Source: Schizochytrium sp. TIO01 (taxonomy: Eukaryota; Protista; Bigyra: Labyrinthulomycetes). Taken from it: 64,000 nt of DNA. The DNA lies in the NCBI GenBank assembly GCA_004764695.1, contig SMSO01000037.1, positions 3,262,747 through 3,326,746 on the forward strand. The letters are read 5' to 3'. Made by a program: the position numbers and the translations under genes. Of this stretch, positions 45,047 through 58,480 are shown in pieces. The first letter of the stretch is position 1. Each line of letters starts with the position of its first letter. The notes below the pieces were generated by a model. That model saw only the letters and a list, made by a program, of their open reading frames with translations. It made no database searches and was not told where the DNA came from.

Positions 45047-48000
45047 ATGGCGCGTAAATCTGCGGCCAAAAAACGTCAGCAACAAGAAGCACAGCATGAG
45101 CAAGTCAAAGCCGTGCAGGCCAAGCGCCGTGTTGAAGAGGAGGAGGATGAAGAAGACGCGAGCAACGACGAGGACTTGTATGAGTCCAACGCATCAGCAA
45201 TTGCGGCTGCTGCTGCCGACGATGAGGAGATGAGCCAGTCTGGTGACGACTCTGAGGAGCTTGGCGAAGGTGCTGAGGACTCGGAGGATGAAGTCTCTGA
45301 TGATGAAGAGGCTCAGGCCCACTCTGGCAAGAAGAAGTCTGGAAAGAAAAACACACGCAACGCTCTCCCCACATTGCAGGAGCAAAACTACCTGCGTGAG
45401 ACAAACACCTTGTTCCGAAGCAACCTTCTGCGACTTCAAATGGATCAACTTCTTGAAGAGACCCGTGTTGTAGCTACACCAGAGCGTGCAGAGAAAGAGC
45501 GTGCCTATCTTTTCGCACTAAAGGATGCACTCATGAAAATCAAACACAAGGGCGTTATTACGCGAGCCAAAGCTGAAGTGCCTCTCGAGAACTGGGAAAG
45601 CACTAAAGACACCGAGCTTGAGTTCATGCCTCTTGAGGCAGTGGATGTTGTGGGTAGCTACCTCCTTGGTACTATGGTCAAACCAGGTCGCACTGTTGAC
45701 CTAAGTGTTCGCATGCCTTCTGCAAGCTTTAAGCAAAAAGACTACCTTAACCACAGATACTTTGACAAGCGCCGCATGTACCTGTCGGTGTTGGCCAGTA
45801 AACTCTCCAAGAGCAAGCTCGTAGCTGAGGTTCGCTTTGCTCCGTTCATGAGCGATGTCGACAAGCCTGTACTCCTTATTACTCCCGCTGCGGATGCCGG
45901 CGTAGGAAAACTTTCTGTGCGTGTTACCCCATACATTGGCGACGATCTGTTCCCGGCTTCTCGCTTTCAACTTGTCCAAAACAACGTTCGTCCGCTCAAC
46001 CACTTTGCTAAAAACGCCACGGCAGTTCAAGATGGGGGTCTTGCTCTTCCGCCCACACCACACCACAACATGCGTTTGCTCGAAGACGTAGAAAGCTCTG
46101 GTGCACGTACGCACTTGGAGATGTTGCACGAGCTTCACGAGATCTCTCCTTCGTTTGGAACGGTGAGCTGCCTACTTAAAGTTTGGGCTCGCGTTCGTGG
46201 CTTTTCAACTTCAGATGGACCCGATAACTTTGGCGAGTTCCTTCTCACAGCCCTTTTGGCGCAGCAAATCCTCGAGAAGCAAATCAGCCCAATGCTCTCG
46301 GTCCAACAACTTTTTAGAAACTTTATGGGCACCCTTGCCACAATTGATTTGTCAAAGGGACCCGTCGCTCGCTTGCGACGCTCGGTGGACTCTGAACTTG
46401 GTACGTTTGTATGCTTGCAAAGCGTTTGCGTGTAAATTTGGTGGTTTATAAGTCTTGAAGACTTTCGAGGAAGTAGGTCTGGCGCTGCAAAAGATGAACA
46501 ACTTTTGATGGGGAAGGGGAAAACCCTCGATGTCTGTCTCAAATACACATGAAAATCAAAATCTCTGATGCCGGCTAGCCGACCACATCCTTACTTGGAT
46601 AATATCTTCATTTTACTTATTCTTTTTGTGTGTGTGTGTGTGTGTGGTGCGTGCGTGGGGGGGGGGGTGATGAGGTCGTGGTTTTACCTGACATGACTGA
46701 CTGACTTTGACTTATTATTTGCTTGGACAATACACAGAAATTTCCGAAGGATACTCTGATGAGGATTTCCGCAAGTCGTTTGATGTAGTTCTAGTTGGTC
46801 CTTGTGGCCGCTTGAACTTGGCATGGCGTGTCTCTAAGTCGTCTTGGGATGCCGTTGCTGAACAAGCTAGTGTCACTCATAGGCTTCTCGAAGGTATCGA
46901 AGGCCAAGCCGGCGGACGTAGCTCTTTTGAGGCAATATTTAGTGCTCCGATGGACTTGTGGCACCAGTTCGATAAATACTACAGTATTCCATTTCCAGCA
47001 AAATTGCCCGAGACTTGGGAAGCTGCAGACCTCACTCGGGCTGAGCAGGCCCTTTTGTGCGATTTGGGCTGGGAAGGCTTCGTCCGTCGTCGCGTGGAAG
47101 ATAGTTTCCGTCGCGCATTTCTGAACACCAAACGCGCTTCTGTCGTCCGCATCCGTGTCAATTCAAAGGAGTCCAGTGCCTGGGCTCCTAACGAGGAGCC
47201 AAAACGCAGCGCTATTCTTGTTTGCATGCTTCTTAATCGTGAAGAAGCCTTCCGTGTAATTGATAAGGGCCCTAGTGCTGAGCAAGCCACTCAAGCTGCT
47301 GCATTCCGCGCTTTCTGGGGCAAAAAGTCCGAGCTTCGTCGTTTCCGTGACGGATCCATTCTAGAAACCCTCGATTGGCGTCCTGCAGAGGAACGCTCCT
47401 CAAAGCGTCCTGCATCCGGCACTCACAGTGCTGGTGACAGCTATGATGTCTGCGATACGATTGCGTCCTACGTTGCAGATCATCGCTGGCCTTTGCAACA
47501 AGGAGGCAAAATTATCGTTGTTGGCCGTGAGCTCGAGCTTATGCTTGGTACGCTTGATCGTCAAGACAGGCAACGTGCTCGCCAACTTGTCATCCCGTCT
47601 GAGCCATACGCAGAAGTTCGTGGCTGCGCTGATGAACTGATGAAACGCCTTCGTGCCCTTCAACTACCCCTGTCTGTGATTGGTTTTAGACCTGCAGATC
47701 CTACTTTGCGTTACGCATCGATTACTCGCCCTGGCCGTCATCCCTTGGCTTTTGGTTCCCAGGAAAGCGAAGGTGCTGCTGTGCTGAGTGCTCTCATGTC
47801 GGGCAAAAGCACCGATGGAAGCAAGAAGCGTAAGATGGATTCTTCTTCAAAATCATCTGTGTCACGTCTTGTTGACGTCATCGAGCTGATCGTTGACCTT
47901 GAATCCAGCGGACAGTGGCCTGATGATGTTGAGGCTATTCGTGTGATGAAGACGGCCTTCTATGTACAAATTGCTGAGCAGCTTGAAGCATCTTATCCTG

Positions 48001-49286
48001 GCCAGCAACGCTGTGTAGCTGCTACAAGCTGTTTGGATGTACTCACTGGAGGTTACGCATTCCGCCTTCGGATTAAGCTTGACAAGGAGCGCCAGATTCT
48101 CCGTTCGCCTCGTGTTTCCTTTCATGGTTCTGTCTCAAGTGTCGCTGCTCGCCGCTTACGCGCAGAGCGCAGCGCTGCTACAGGCCAGTCTGATGAGACT
48201 GGTCTTGTCAAGGATGGTAACAAACCCACACAACTTGCATTGGACCAAGCAGATGAACTGGAACGTGAAACTGTGTTGAAGCCGCACCTACACGGTATGC
48301 TGCACTCTGTACACGGTCGTGGAGATGAATTTGGTGGAGCCAACGTGATGGGTCCCGTAAGTCGACTCGCAAAGCTGTGGGTCAGTGGACATCTGTTCTG
48401 GCCCCACATCACTGAAGAGGCCATCGAGCTCATTGTTGCTTCAATCTTTTTGCACCCGCAACCTTACAAAGCGCCCCGTTCACTTGCAAGTGGGTTTGTG
48501 CGCTTCTTGCAGCTTTTGTGCTCTTGGGACTGGAACTTCGAGCCTCTTCTCGTAGACTTGAGGGAGGACACCGGAGATGCTGACCTGCGCACTTCGTTAA
48601 TGAAGTCTTTCAACTCAATGCGCGAGCGTGCCAGCGGTGCTCACATGTTCATTGTTACGTCTGAAGATGTTGACTCCAGCGGCGAATGGAAGCCACGATG
48701 GACTTCACGTCAGCAACCTAGTAAAGACTCTCTTTCGCGCATGGTCAAGGTTGCTCGAGACTCTTTGGTGCTTTTAGAACAGCTGTTTGCATTGCAAGCC
48801 TCTGGCAAGTACCAGGCTTCCAAGATGCAGCGTCTTTGGTCTGCTGTTTTCCAGTCTACTGTAAGCCCGAAAGAGTTTGACGTTGTTGTTCAGTTGAACG
48901 CCGTGTCCAGTCTCCGGGAGTCGAAGTTGCCAGTTCATGCCCGTGCAAAGCTGTACAAGAATACTGCTGCCCAGGAGAAGCTTCTCTTGGGTTGCAACCC
49001 GATTGTCAGCTACGCAACGGATCTTCAGAAGGAGTTGGGCCATTTGTTTAGTGTTCATTACGACCCCTTCCGTGGCAGCGCAATTGGGTTGAAATGGAAC
49101 GAAGGCCTTCTTACTCCCGTGGCTCTTCGGGTTGCATCCTCTTCCCACGCGAAGCCAGCTGAGGAGTCGGATAACAAAAAGGAGATTAACGTGGTTCCCA
49201 ACATTACGGATATTTTGGTTGATGTAGCGGAGCTTGGAGAGGGTCTGGTTGATTCTATTTCATGCTCATCTGTGGATTCCGAGTAA
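45047..49286 (+). CDS. NOL6: Nucleolar protein 6 / Utp22 (Nrap family); 2 exons (45047-46400, 46738-49286)
   Basis: LFRSNLLRLQMDQLL, VVGSYLLGT, KDYLNHRYFDKR, FRAFWGKKSELRRFRDGSILET and LESSGQWPDDVEAIRVMKTAF. GTACGT donor at 46401 and CAG acceptor ending at 46737 are both phase 1. Confidence 0.95.
46627..46667. repeat. (TG)10 microsatellite plus G11 run within the NOL6 intron
   Basis: Direct reading. Confidence 0.9.
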
Positions 49287-49566
49287 AAAATCTATTTAGC
49301 TGAGACGCTCGTTATTCTACGTCTATCATCTTTCAATTATCCCCCCTGATTATGCATGTTACTTTGATGAAAAAATATTGGTCCCATTTCTGCTTTATTT
49401 GTTTTTGCCTTTTTATAATCTAGGGATGTGGAAGATTGGTCATATAATATGTTGAATAAATATATAATCATCCTTGATATTGAAATAAAATTGAGACGAC
49501 GAAATCTATTCTGTTTATAATCACATCTTCTTAAAGTTTATATCAAACAATGCAGCAGCTAATTAA

Positions 49567-52500
49567 TCATACATGAGCAATTGTTTTCGTTTCTCGAGCG
49601 CTAGATAATTTTTCTTCGCCTTCTTCAATATCAGCTTGTTGTTCCTCTTCATGTTCTGATAACCGACTTAAACGATGTAGTTTCTTGTTTTGAGAGAGCT
49701 CGAGCAAACCCATACTAGGGTTATTTGTCATTGGCCCCATCAAAGGACTTGATTTTCCACTTCGATCATGCATGGCTTGGCTGCCGTATTTGGCGGAAGG
49801 AGAATGGCTAGGTCGAACAGTTTCCTTGACGCGATGCCCTAAATCTCGCAGTTGCATGTAGGCAATTGGTGCAAGGTAGTCAAGCAGAGCAATGATAAAA
49901 ACAGATGCGACAAGTTGGTTCCAGTAGTATCTTCCCCACTTATCGAGAGTGAAAATGTTGCTTTCTCCACTTTCTGTAACAATGTATGCAACAACAGCAA
50001 CAAGAACTAAACATCCGACAATATTAAAAACAATACCGAACGCAAGCAGCCATGTGTAAGCAGCTGCAACCGAAGCTTGGCGTACAGTAAGAACCATAGT
50101 AATGACAACATAAAGAGAACCAGAAAGAGCTAAATAAGCTGCATCATAGTCCTTGTAGAATACGAGAAAGAAAGCAACTGCAGATATTGACAAAAAAAGA
50201 ACAACAAATACATGGTGACATTGCCAGGAATAAACATAGATAAATCCACGTACAAAGGTCAAAGTTAAAAAGAAGAAGAAGTCAGTTTTCTCACTGCACG
50301 AGAAGAAGATATAAGTCTGTTTGTAGTTTTTCTCTGACTACTTTGTAAGCGTCATGGTTTCTTGTTTCTATTGGACAAAAACAAATCACTATGACATAAA
50401 TCATAAAAACTTACGGCCACCATGCACGAGACCACGCAGGATCTGTGCATCTACAACTGCAGGATGCAGAATTTTGTTAAGGCGTCCAATATCGTACGAA
50501 CTGGGGTTTCGCAGTGTATCATAAACAGACTTTGTATCGCGGTCAAGGAACCCAATCGAAAAAGTAGGGACTGCGATAAAGGCCTGAAAAACAACATATT
50601 GAATGTTGTTAAAAGCTGCCGTACCACTGAATCGGCAAATGAAGTTATAGTAAAAAGAAACAAAAGTAAAGAGGAGATTTGCAAAGAAAGTCAGCGTGAT
50701 GGCTTTGGAAACTCGAATATAACCGAAACGTCCATGGACCAGGAGAAGCGGTGCAAGAAACTTGAACTGCGCAATTGTAAAGTCAGCTGCATTAGCTGCC
50801 TGGGCACCTTCTTTTCCAGAAATACCAACTCCGACATGACCTTTTTCAATCATCGGAACATCATTCGCACCGTCACCTATTGTAAGTGTAGTGGGACTAG
50901 GGTAGACACCTGTTTTGACAAGGTCCACTAGCTCAGCCTTTTGGCCAGGCGATGCACGACAGGCAATTACAACTTTGCACAAGCGTCCAAGCTTGAGAAA
51001 AGCTGCCTCTAGAGCAGGATTCCGAGCATCTTTGGAGATGACATGGTGAATGAGGTCACCGTCAACAACCAAAGTTAAGTTTGGATCAGCAGTGATTCGC
51101 TCACTCTGAACATACTTTCGCTTATTGTAGATCTTGCGAAAACAACCCAGCATGCCTCTCTCTTCGTTGTCGTGCCTTTCAGAGTCGGTCTTATAAACCA
51201 TTTTCCCTTGCGAAGGAAAACCCATTCCAGAACTTTGAGCGGTGTCCACGTGTAAGCCAGGTTCCTGGATTTGGGCCGTGTGCTCCAAGATCGCCCTAAA
51301 AATAGTGTCCTGAATATCAGTCTCGCTCCGTTCCAATAACGAGACTGATGATCTTTTGCGCGGTTCAGGTCCATCAGGAGAATCCTCCTCGTCATTCAGC
51401 CCGAGTTCGTCCGAGGTAAGCATAATGAGCCGGGAGCTTTGGCTAATCAGCTCAGCAGAGCGACCAATGTTAATAGCAGTTTCAACTTTATCGCCTGTGA
51501 TAAGCCAAATATTAATTTTTGCAGCACGCAGAATGGAGATTGTTTGCGGTACACCCTCTTGAAGACGGTCTTCCACAGCCGTGAGACCTAGAACGTTCAT
51601 GTTGACTTCAATTGAGCGAGCCACTTCATCCAATTTCGCCTTCCGTTCTTTCCCATTGTAATTACATGCTTCCTTGTGCTTTTCAGACCATGTATCAAAT
51701 TCAGCTTGGGATATTTCGCGCTCTGCAACCACAAGAGTTCGAAGACCAGCTTCAGCAAATAGCTTAAGGTCTTCGCGTAATTTCCCAAAGTTTGTGGAGA
51801 TTGGGTTAGCTACTTGAAGCATCTGGTTATCAGCACCCTTGCAATAGAGCATCATTTTCCCCGGGGTATTGGGGTCAGTATAGATGACAGACATGCGTTT
51901 ACGATCGCTACTGAAAGGGTTTATTGCTACAACTTCGTAGCCCTCGAAACGCACAGAGTCGTCGTTGAGAAAACGATATACATTTTCAGACCGTTCTTCA
52001 TACGAGGGAGCAGCATCCCCATATGCGCTGCGCTCAGTGTCGCGTGTTGGAACGCGGAAGCGCAATCCGATGGTTGAGTCACCCTCAGTGTAGGCAAACT
52101 CAAAGCCAAGCGCAGCCGCAGCAAGTACTAACGCTTCTTCATCAGGGCTTTCTGCATTGTATGTAGGCACCTTATCCTCATCTTTGACAAATTCCACAGG
52201 TTCTGCATCAGCCGGTAGAGATTCTTCGTCCCGCTTATCCACACTTGGCGTTGGGCTGATAACGGAAGCAGTATCTATTTCTACTTCTGCATGAGCTTGA
52301 GCAAACTCAACAGACTTGGTGCTGCTTGCTTGTGCGGTAGCAAGCGTGAACGCTCCGGTCGGTGCGCTTTTGGCCAATCTTTCACTGTCTAATGATCGAG
52401 GAATCATTTCGGATTTACTGCGTTTGGGTTTTAGAGACATACGGCGGAAGCGCCGGGATGGGCCACGCGAAGACATGCGACGCCCACCAATAATAGAGCT

Positions 52501-54741
52501 ATGACGCTCACTATGCATATTTAAGCTAGATCTTCTGAGTAACCTTGTGCTGTCACGAACTGGACGGTTTGCAGAGGTGCCTTCCACGAGCACAGTATGG
52601 CACAAGGCAAGAACGGTAAAAAAATGTTGTAGACGCGCCTTTTCAGCCGCCTGATGCTCTTCATTCGAAGAAAGCGCATCCAGTGCATCACCAAATCCGC
52701 ATCGCGCCGCATCAATGGGTTCAAGGTTGCGTCGTGCAAGTTCTTCCAGCGCTTTGTTACTAGCACGTCCATATATGTGATTGTTCACCGAGACTGCAAC
52801 AAGGCGCATCTCGTTACGTGTGAGGGTTCCTGTTTTGTCCGAAAAGATCCACTTGACCTGACCAATTTCTTGAGCCAGCGAGGTCGTGTTACAGCTCGCA
52901 AATTTGCCAGATGCCTCGTCGAACATGTTCAAGTCCCACCCAATATATTTGGCCTGCAAAACATTAAGACCTTCCTGAACAGCGTATAAAAGGATAGGAA
53001 GGATCTGACGATAAAGAACAATATAGGTGAGGAGCAAAGCCAAACCTGGTGGAAGAATGTCACCCGCTGCTTCCCTTGTGTACATCATATACCACAGCTC
53101 AGTCGTGGGCTGGTAGGCATATGTGCTCAGTAATAAAGACGCTGCGAGTAAGAGAACAAGCATGACCAATACCGTAATGATGACTTGATTAGACATGCGG
53201 TCAACCTTGGATTGTTTAATGCGACCATTCACTGTCGCCAAAAGAGTCTTGGTTTCCACGCCTGTGTACAGGACAACAGCATAAATCCACTCAGTGTTGC
53301 GGAGCTCTGCACCTCGAAGAACGACATTATCGCTAGAGCATGCAATAATGTCTTGTTTCTCATCTGTCTTTGGCATGACATGAATCTTAAAGTTGGAAAG
53401 TGAGCCAGTAGGAGGTTCATACCGAATTTCACGGCCCTCGATCCAATCCAAAGTAGCCATGAGGTTATTTTCCACATGATCGATGATTTCCTTTTTACAC
53501 ATGCGCTTCTTCAGGTACGTTTCACCGTCAATATTGGCAGTTTGTACATAGCAGCACTGTTCCGTGTCAATATCGCTGGTGGTGAGAAGCAAAAGGTCTG
53601 CAGGACTTGTTGCGTTCTTTTCGAGTCGAAGTAGGTCACCACGGCGAACCGAGCCCCAGGTTTTCGCTGCAAATTCATTCTGCTCCCGGTCAAAAACGTA
53701 GGCCCTTTGCATGTTGGTTTTGACATCTTTGCGAGCGCGAGCGCGATCGTCAAAGAATTCGCTTGTCATGTTGAGACTAAAAATCACTGTGAGGATGAAG
53801 ACATTGCCCCAGGGTGCTTGGGGGGAGTCAAAGAGGTCGGTGTATGTTCCTAAGAGCATAATAAAGACGATAATTGTGAAGAAGATATTACCAGCACGTC
53901 TATACTGCAATAGAAATGACCGTGGTAGGAAACTCCAAGCAGTATACTTTGTTGTATAAACCGCGTTTGTAGGTGTTGATCCGTTATCGTTGCTCAGGAC
54001 GTGGATTGAAGTCCACTTTTCTGTGTTTATAAGACGATCCCCATTGAGACTCAATGGAGAACCTTCAGCACTAAAGTTACTGCCGGTGCTGCTGCTGTTA
54101 ACGCTCATGATAGCTTTCCCACTAATGCCGGTAACTTCGAGCTGCGGTGGAATTGCCATGGCCGTCGTAAGCCTTTGTGAGTTACCTTCACGGGGGTTGC
54201 CTTCTTCAGTATGTGCAGAAGCATACGACGCAGGTACAGTAACGCCTGTCATGTTCAGAGCTCGTTGCTCCTGGGTCCAGTGCGTATCTTGCTTCAAAAT
54301 TGAGCCATCGTTAGGTGAAAACTCTGGATTGGAGCGTAGTTGTATCTGATCTGCCAGGTCGCGCAGGTCTGGGTTATCGTTCTTATTGTTCAAGTGAATG
54401 CCTTCACCATTTTTCCGGTGCCCGACTTCTTCGTCTTCCTCCGCTTCTTCGTCTGTGATTTCCTCTTCTCCACTGTCATTCTTTTTTATAGGGACCTCCT
54501 CCCATAGGAGAGCATCCTTTCCCGCGTCCTTGGCATCGTAGCCGCCGCTGCGTTCGTCAGTCTTGTCCTCGTTCGTGGCATTTCCTCCTGTCGCATTCAC
54601 GTTCTCCACGCCAGCTCCGTCGCCGCCACTGCCACCAAGACCTGCAGCAGGTCCGGATGTGGAGGCTGCCAGTCGGATGGGTGGCGGTGCTGGGAGAGGG
54701 CTCGTCTCCTCGGAGGAGGGCCTCGACTGCGCCTCGCCCAT
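49567..54741 (-). CDS. P4-type ATPase (phospholipid flippase); 2 exons (54741-50415, 50177-49567)
   Basis: N.VYTTKYT, NIDGETYLK, phosphorylation motif SDKTGTLT, ESPDEEALV, FSSDRKRMS, CKGAD, TGDKVETAINI, CRASPGQKA and GDGANDV. GTAAGT donor at 50414 and a polypyrimidine-CAG acceptor ending at 50178 (both phase 1) restore TM7-TM10. Likely start is MGEAQS at 54741. Confidence 0.93.
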
Positions 54742-56299
54742 GGAGGCAAGCAGCGGGCAGTGGACTCCAGTTCGCGCGATTCGACTTTGCTTTGGTATTT
54801 GCTTTTTCGTTCTCCTCAAAACTTCTCCTCTTCTTCTTTCTTCCACCTTTCGGCTCCTCATCTAACTTGTATCAGTTCTTCCGCGACACATTTATTATTA
54901 TTATTTTTATTTCTTTCTCAAGTCCTTCTTCTCATAAAACCAACATCAGCAACTCAAAGTACGGGTTTATTGATAGCTAGCTAACTAACTTCGCAATTCT
55001 GTCAAGCTCTGAGATCCTGCTTATTCAATCTCTCGCTTCCCTTTATGTGCCAGGGCTCTGGACTGGGTTCTCCTGTTTCTCTCACTCGCATATGAGCGTC
55101 AGGCCGACTTGTTGGATGTCTTCACCAGCTCGGGATCGGAGAACTGCCTTTTGGTTTCTCATCTGTTTTCCATTCTCAATGGGTTTCTCTTCTCTCCTTT
55201 TCATTTCCATTTCGTTTCAAAAGGAAGAGAGTTTAATTTGCTTTTCACTTATTGTTCACTTTAATTCAATTCATTTTGTCAGAACTTTTTTAATATTTAA
55301 AAAGAAAAAGAAAAAGAAAAAGAAAGAAAGATAGAAAGGTGGTGATCATTTTTATTAATTTAATAGTTTATTATTATTATTATTATTATTATTATACCAT
55401 CCTCGCTTTCCTTTCATCGTAGGTGAAGACTCTTCGTGGCCAATCTTGGATGGTCTTATATCGCTTTCCCGTATTATCTCGAAGGTCCGGGTTGCACGCT
55501 CCGTCTCGAGCACCAGTTCTGTTTTAGTTTCGTCTCTTTTCGACACCCGCTCAATCGCATTTGCCTCTCCTGAACCCGAAACGAAACAAAGTCTCTCAAA
55601 CCTTGAAATTAAGAATTGCCAATTAATACAAAAAAGCATGAACATATTTTGTTTCATAAATATATAACGATTCTAACTTTGAAATGGTAGACCTGATGAA
55701 GACAAGGACCATATTGCTATCGAGAAGCACATACAAGTATTAAAAGCGAAGATTCTGCGGGCACTGGGGAGGCGGATCAAGGGCGGTGGGAACGAAGGGG
55801 CGACAATATGGTGAATAAATTAAAAAGAACGGAACACGCTACGAACAACAGAGGTTTCGTCAAGCTGAGCTCTGAATAAGTAGGAACTTGTACGACGGGT
55901 GTTTTATTGCCTTGTTTTTACGATAATTGTATAAAATGAAAACAGCAACATTTGAGATGGTATTAGGTAATTTACTTTGAGGGCTGAGAAAGAAAGAGGC
56001 GCTACTGCCTATTTCCTACGTAGTACCAAACCAAAACATTATCTCGAGTTGAGTTGAGGACAGATGAAAAGGAAAGGAAAGACCTCTTTAGATGTTTTTA
56101 CTTTTTATTTTCTTCTATAAAACTCTGACGAGAATAGTGGGTAAGTACTATTAGAGAAAAAGGTGATGAGGCTTCCACGACCGCTTACCTTCCGGAAAAC
56201 AAAAGGCTCTTCAAAACTTCTTAATTAAAGTTTTAAAAATTAAAAACAATTTTTGTTTTTTGTTTTTTTTTACAAGTTGGAGGAGTAACCTTTGCTGGT

Positions 56300-58480
56300 T
56301 GAGGTAAGTCAATTTGAAGATGGCCTTCGAAGATGCTCTCGTTCTCTCAGATACTGCACGTTCAAACAGTCTCAAGTTGCGTGTACCTTGATTGATATCT
56401 TCTGTGACAAATCAAACATGATTAGGTTATGGTCCTGACATTTAAGTGACCTTGGTGCCGGAGTTCTCATCGCCCATTATTCAGGCGACGACCTTTGGCG
56501 GATAACCTGTTCTCGCTTGCCATCTTCGCAAATGTTGGGGTTAACTCAACCTTTCCAATCAATTTTGGTTGCCAAGGCAAGCAAACAGGATCGATCATCA
56601 GCGAGAGGGCGTGTTCTTGGCACGCGTTCTTGGCACAGATGCCATGGTCGTGATATTTCGTGCTGCTTCATCGATTGCATTAAGAAAGGGTTGGTCCCTC
56701 CCTGATCAAAATTATAAATGACGAGGGTCTAATTGACCAAGGATGCCGCGATTGGTTCATTCAATACCCTTGAGTCGCTTGGCCTTCATGGTGGGATGTC
56801 CTGGGTGGCTGGAATGGCTAGCTCATTTAGGTCACCTAGCAAGCGCTGGTTTCCTCGCTCCTTTGTGATTTGGAGGGCAATTCTGTCTAAGGGCTCCCGA
56901 ATTTGCTCGTTGAAAGCTCTGCACGATAACTTCCTCTGGAGGCAGCTTTTGCTGCTGCAGCAGCAGCTACCTCTGCTGCCGCTACTGGCGATTGCAACAA
57001 TGCTCACGGTGAGGGTGATGGAGGTAGTATGCGACTGTGATGATAGTGCCACTAGGTTCTCCGAAGTCGCCATTTATGTAAACACTTGAGGGGCGAAGTT
57101 CATCGCAAGTCGAAGTCACAGGCCCTCTCGAGATTATACTCCAAACGTAGTAGTGACTTTGCAGATTTAGAATAACACTCTTTTGGTTTCATCGTGTCCT
57201 CGTTTCGGCATTTTTGCTTGCTTACTTGCTCGCCCAGGTATTCTTTTTCTTGACAACGGTTATCTATAGAAATCGGACATATCTACACATTGGAGTTTAG
57301 GTTTGTAATTGTGCCAAAAGGCGGTCGATGTTGAGGCAAACAAGATGGCTCGAGATTATCGAGGGGATTGCGAGTCTTCGAGCTTCTCGTACAACCTAGA
57401 TTTATTGGTTTGGGGCGAACTCGGGTCGGTGGTTTTGGGCATTCCACATTGGTGGCTTCAAGTTCGTCGAAGCTCCCGTAACCTTCAAGCACATACGCCG
57501 AGATGACGTGCGAGCTTGATAATGGACTGTATGATCAGTTGTGCCTGACCATGGTGGGTCGCGCCAAGCATATTCGGTACGCAGTTCGATTGGCTTGTCG
57601 TAAGAATGGGAAAGGACGTGAACGGTAATGAAAGAAGTAGTGATCATGATTCCCTCAACTGAATCAGCAATCTTTGGTCAAACCTATAAGATGAGAAAAC
57701 ACTTGGCGAGTCAAAGAATTCCGAAAAAGGTCCCCTCTCGTTTGTCTCGCAAGAGATATCTTTGGGAAATGCACGAAGTGCACTCTCGCAAGAGTTGTTT
57801 GCATAGCTGTTGTTCGAGGCTTAAACGAGGCCAATGAAATTTTACACCGCACAAGGTCCAATGAAGGAAATAAGATAAGATAAGATAAGATAAATCAACA
57901 AAAAAATTATATTAAAAAAAAATAAAAATACACAACTCTTCCACAGAGAGTAATTTTGATGAGAAGATAACAATCAGTAGAGAGGATGAATGCTACTGAC
58001 TTCGAACTGTTTCCTTGCTCTTCGTTCGTTATACGAGCGTCGTCTTCAACATTGTCGTCATCAACAGTGCAAAGCTTTTTGAGCTGTATCTCGATAGCTT
58101 GATTGTGCTAAATCCAACTTTGAAGGTCGGTATACACTAAATGCACGGCAGCCGTGTTGAGCGACCACTTTCTTACTACTTAGACGTCATCGTCCGCGAC
58201 ATCAAAGGTAAAAGGGAGTTCGTCAGTTGTGAAAGCAGCAGCATCGAGACCTTCAAAAGGGCTTTTGCTGACTAATAGAAGTTTGCCGAGAGATCAAAGT
58301 GGTCGCAAGTCATGCATTGGGTTTGCAGAAGGCCTGTTTGTTTGTTTGGTGTGTTGGGTCCTTGGGTTGTTTGTCTACTCTTGAAGCTGGTTTCTTCGCA
58401 TACATTGAGAAGCTCGTCAAGCAGGTCAACTTTTGTGTTTATGGTCAAAACAGGCAAAAAGAAACAAAAATTACATCTGT
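56300..58480 (-). pseudogene. Degenerate coding-like remnant(s), possibly of a retroelement
   Basis: Protein-like frames are broken by stops and frameshifts. Segment 57860-57711 reads KFHWPRL...KQLLRECTSC, resembling the integrase Zn-binding WP...CxxC motif. Confidence 0.3.

Noticed and set aside
46707-49286. 859-aa ORF as a gene separate from 45002-46435
   Set aside because: Both are exons of NOL6 joined by intron 46401-46737.
49567-50262. 231-aa membrane ORF as an independent gene
   Set aside because: It encodes TM7-TM10 of the P4-ATPase and is joined by a phase-compatible intron at 50414-50178.
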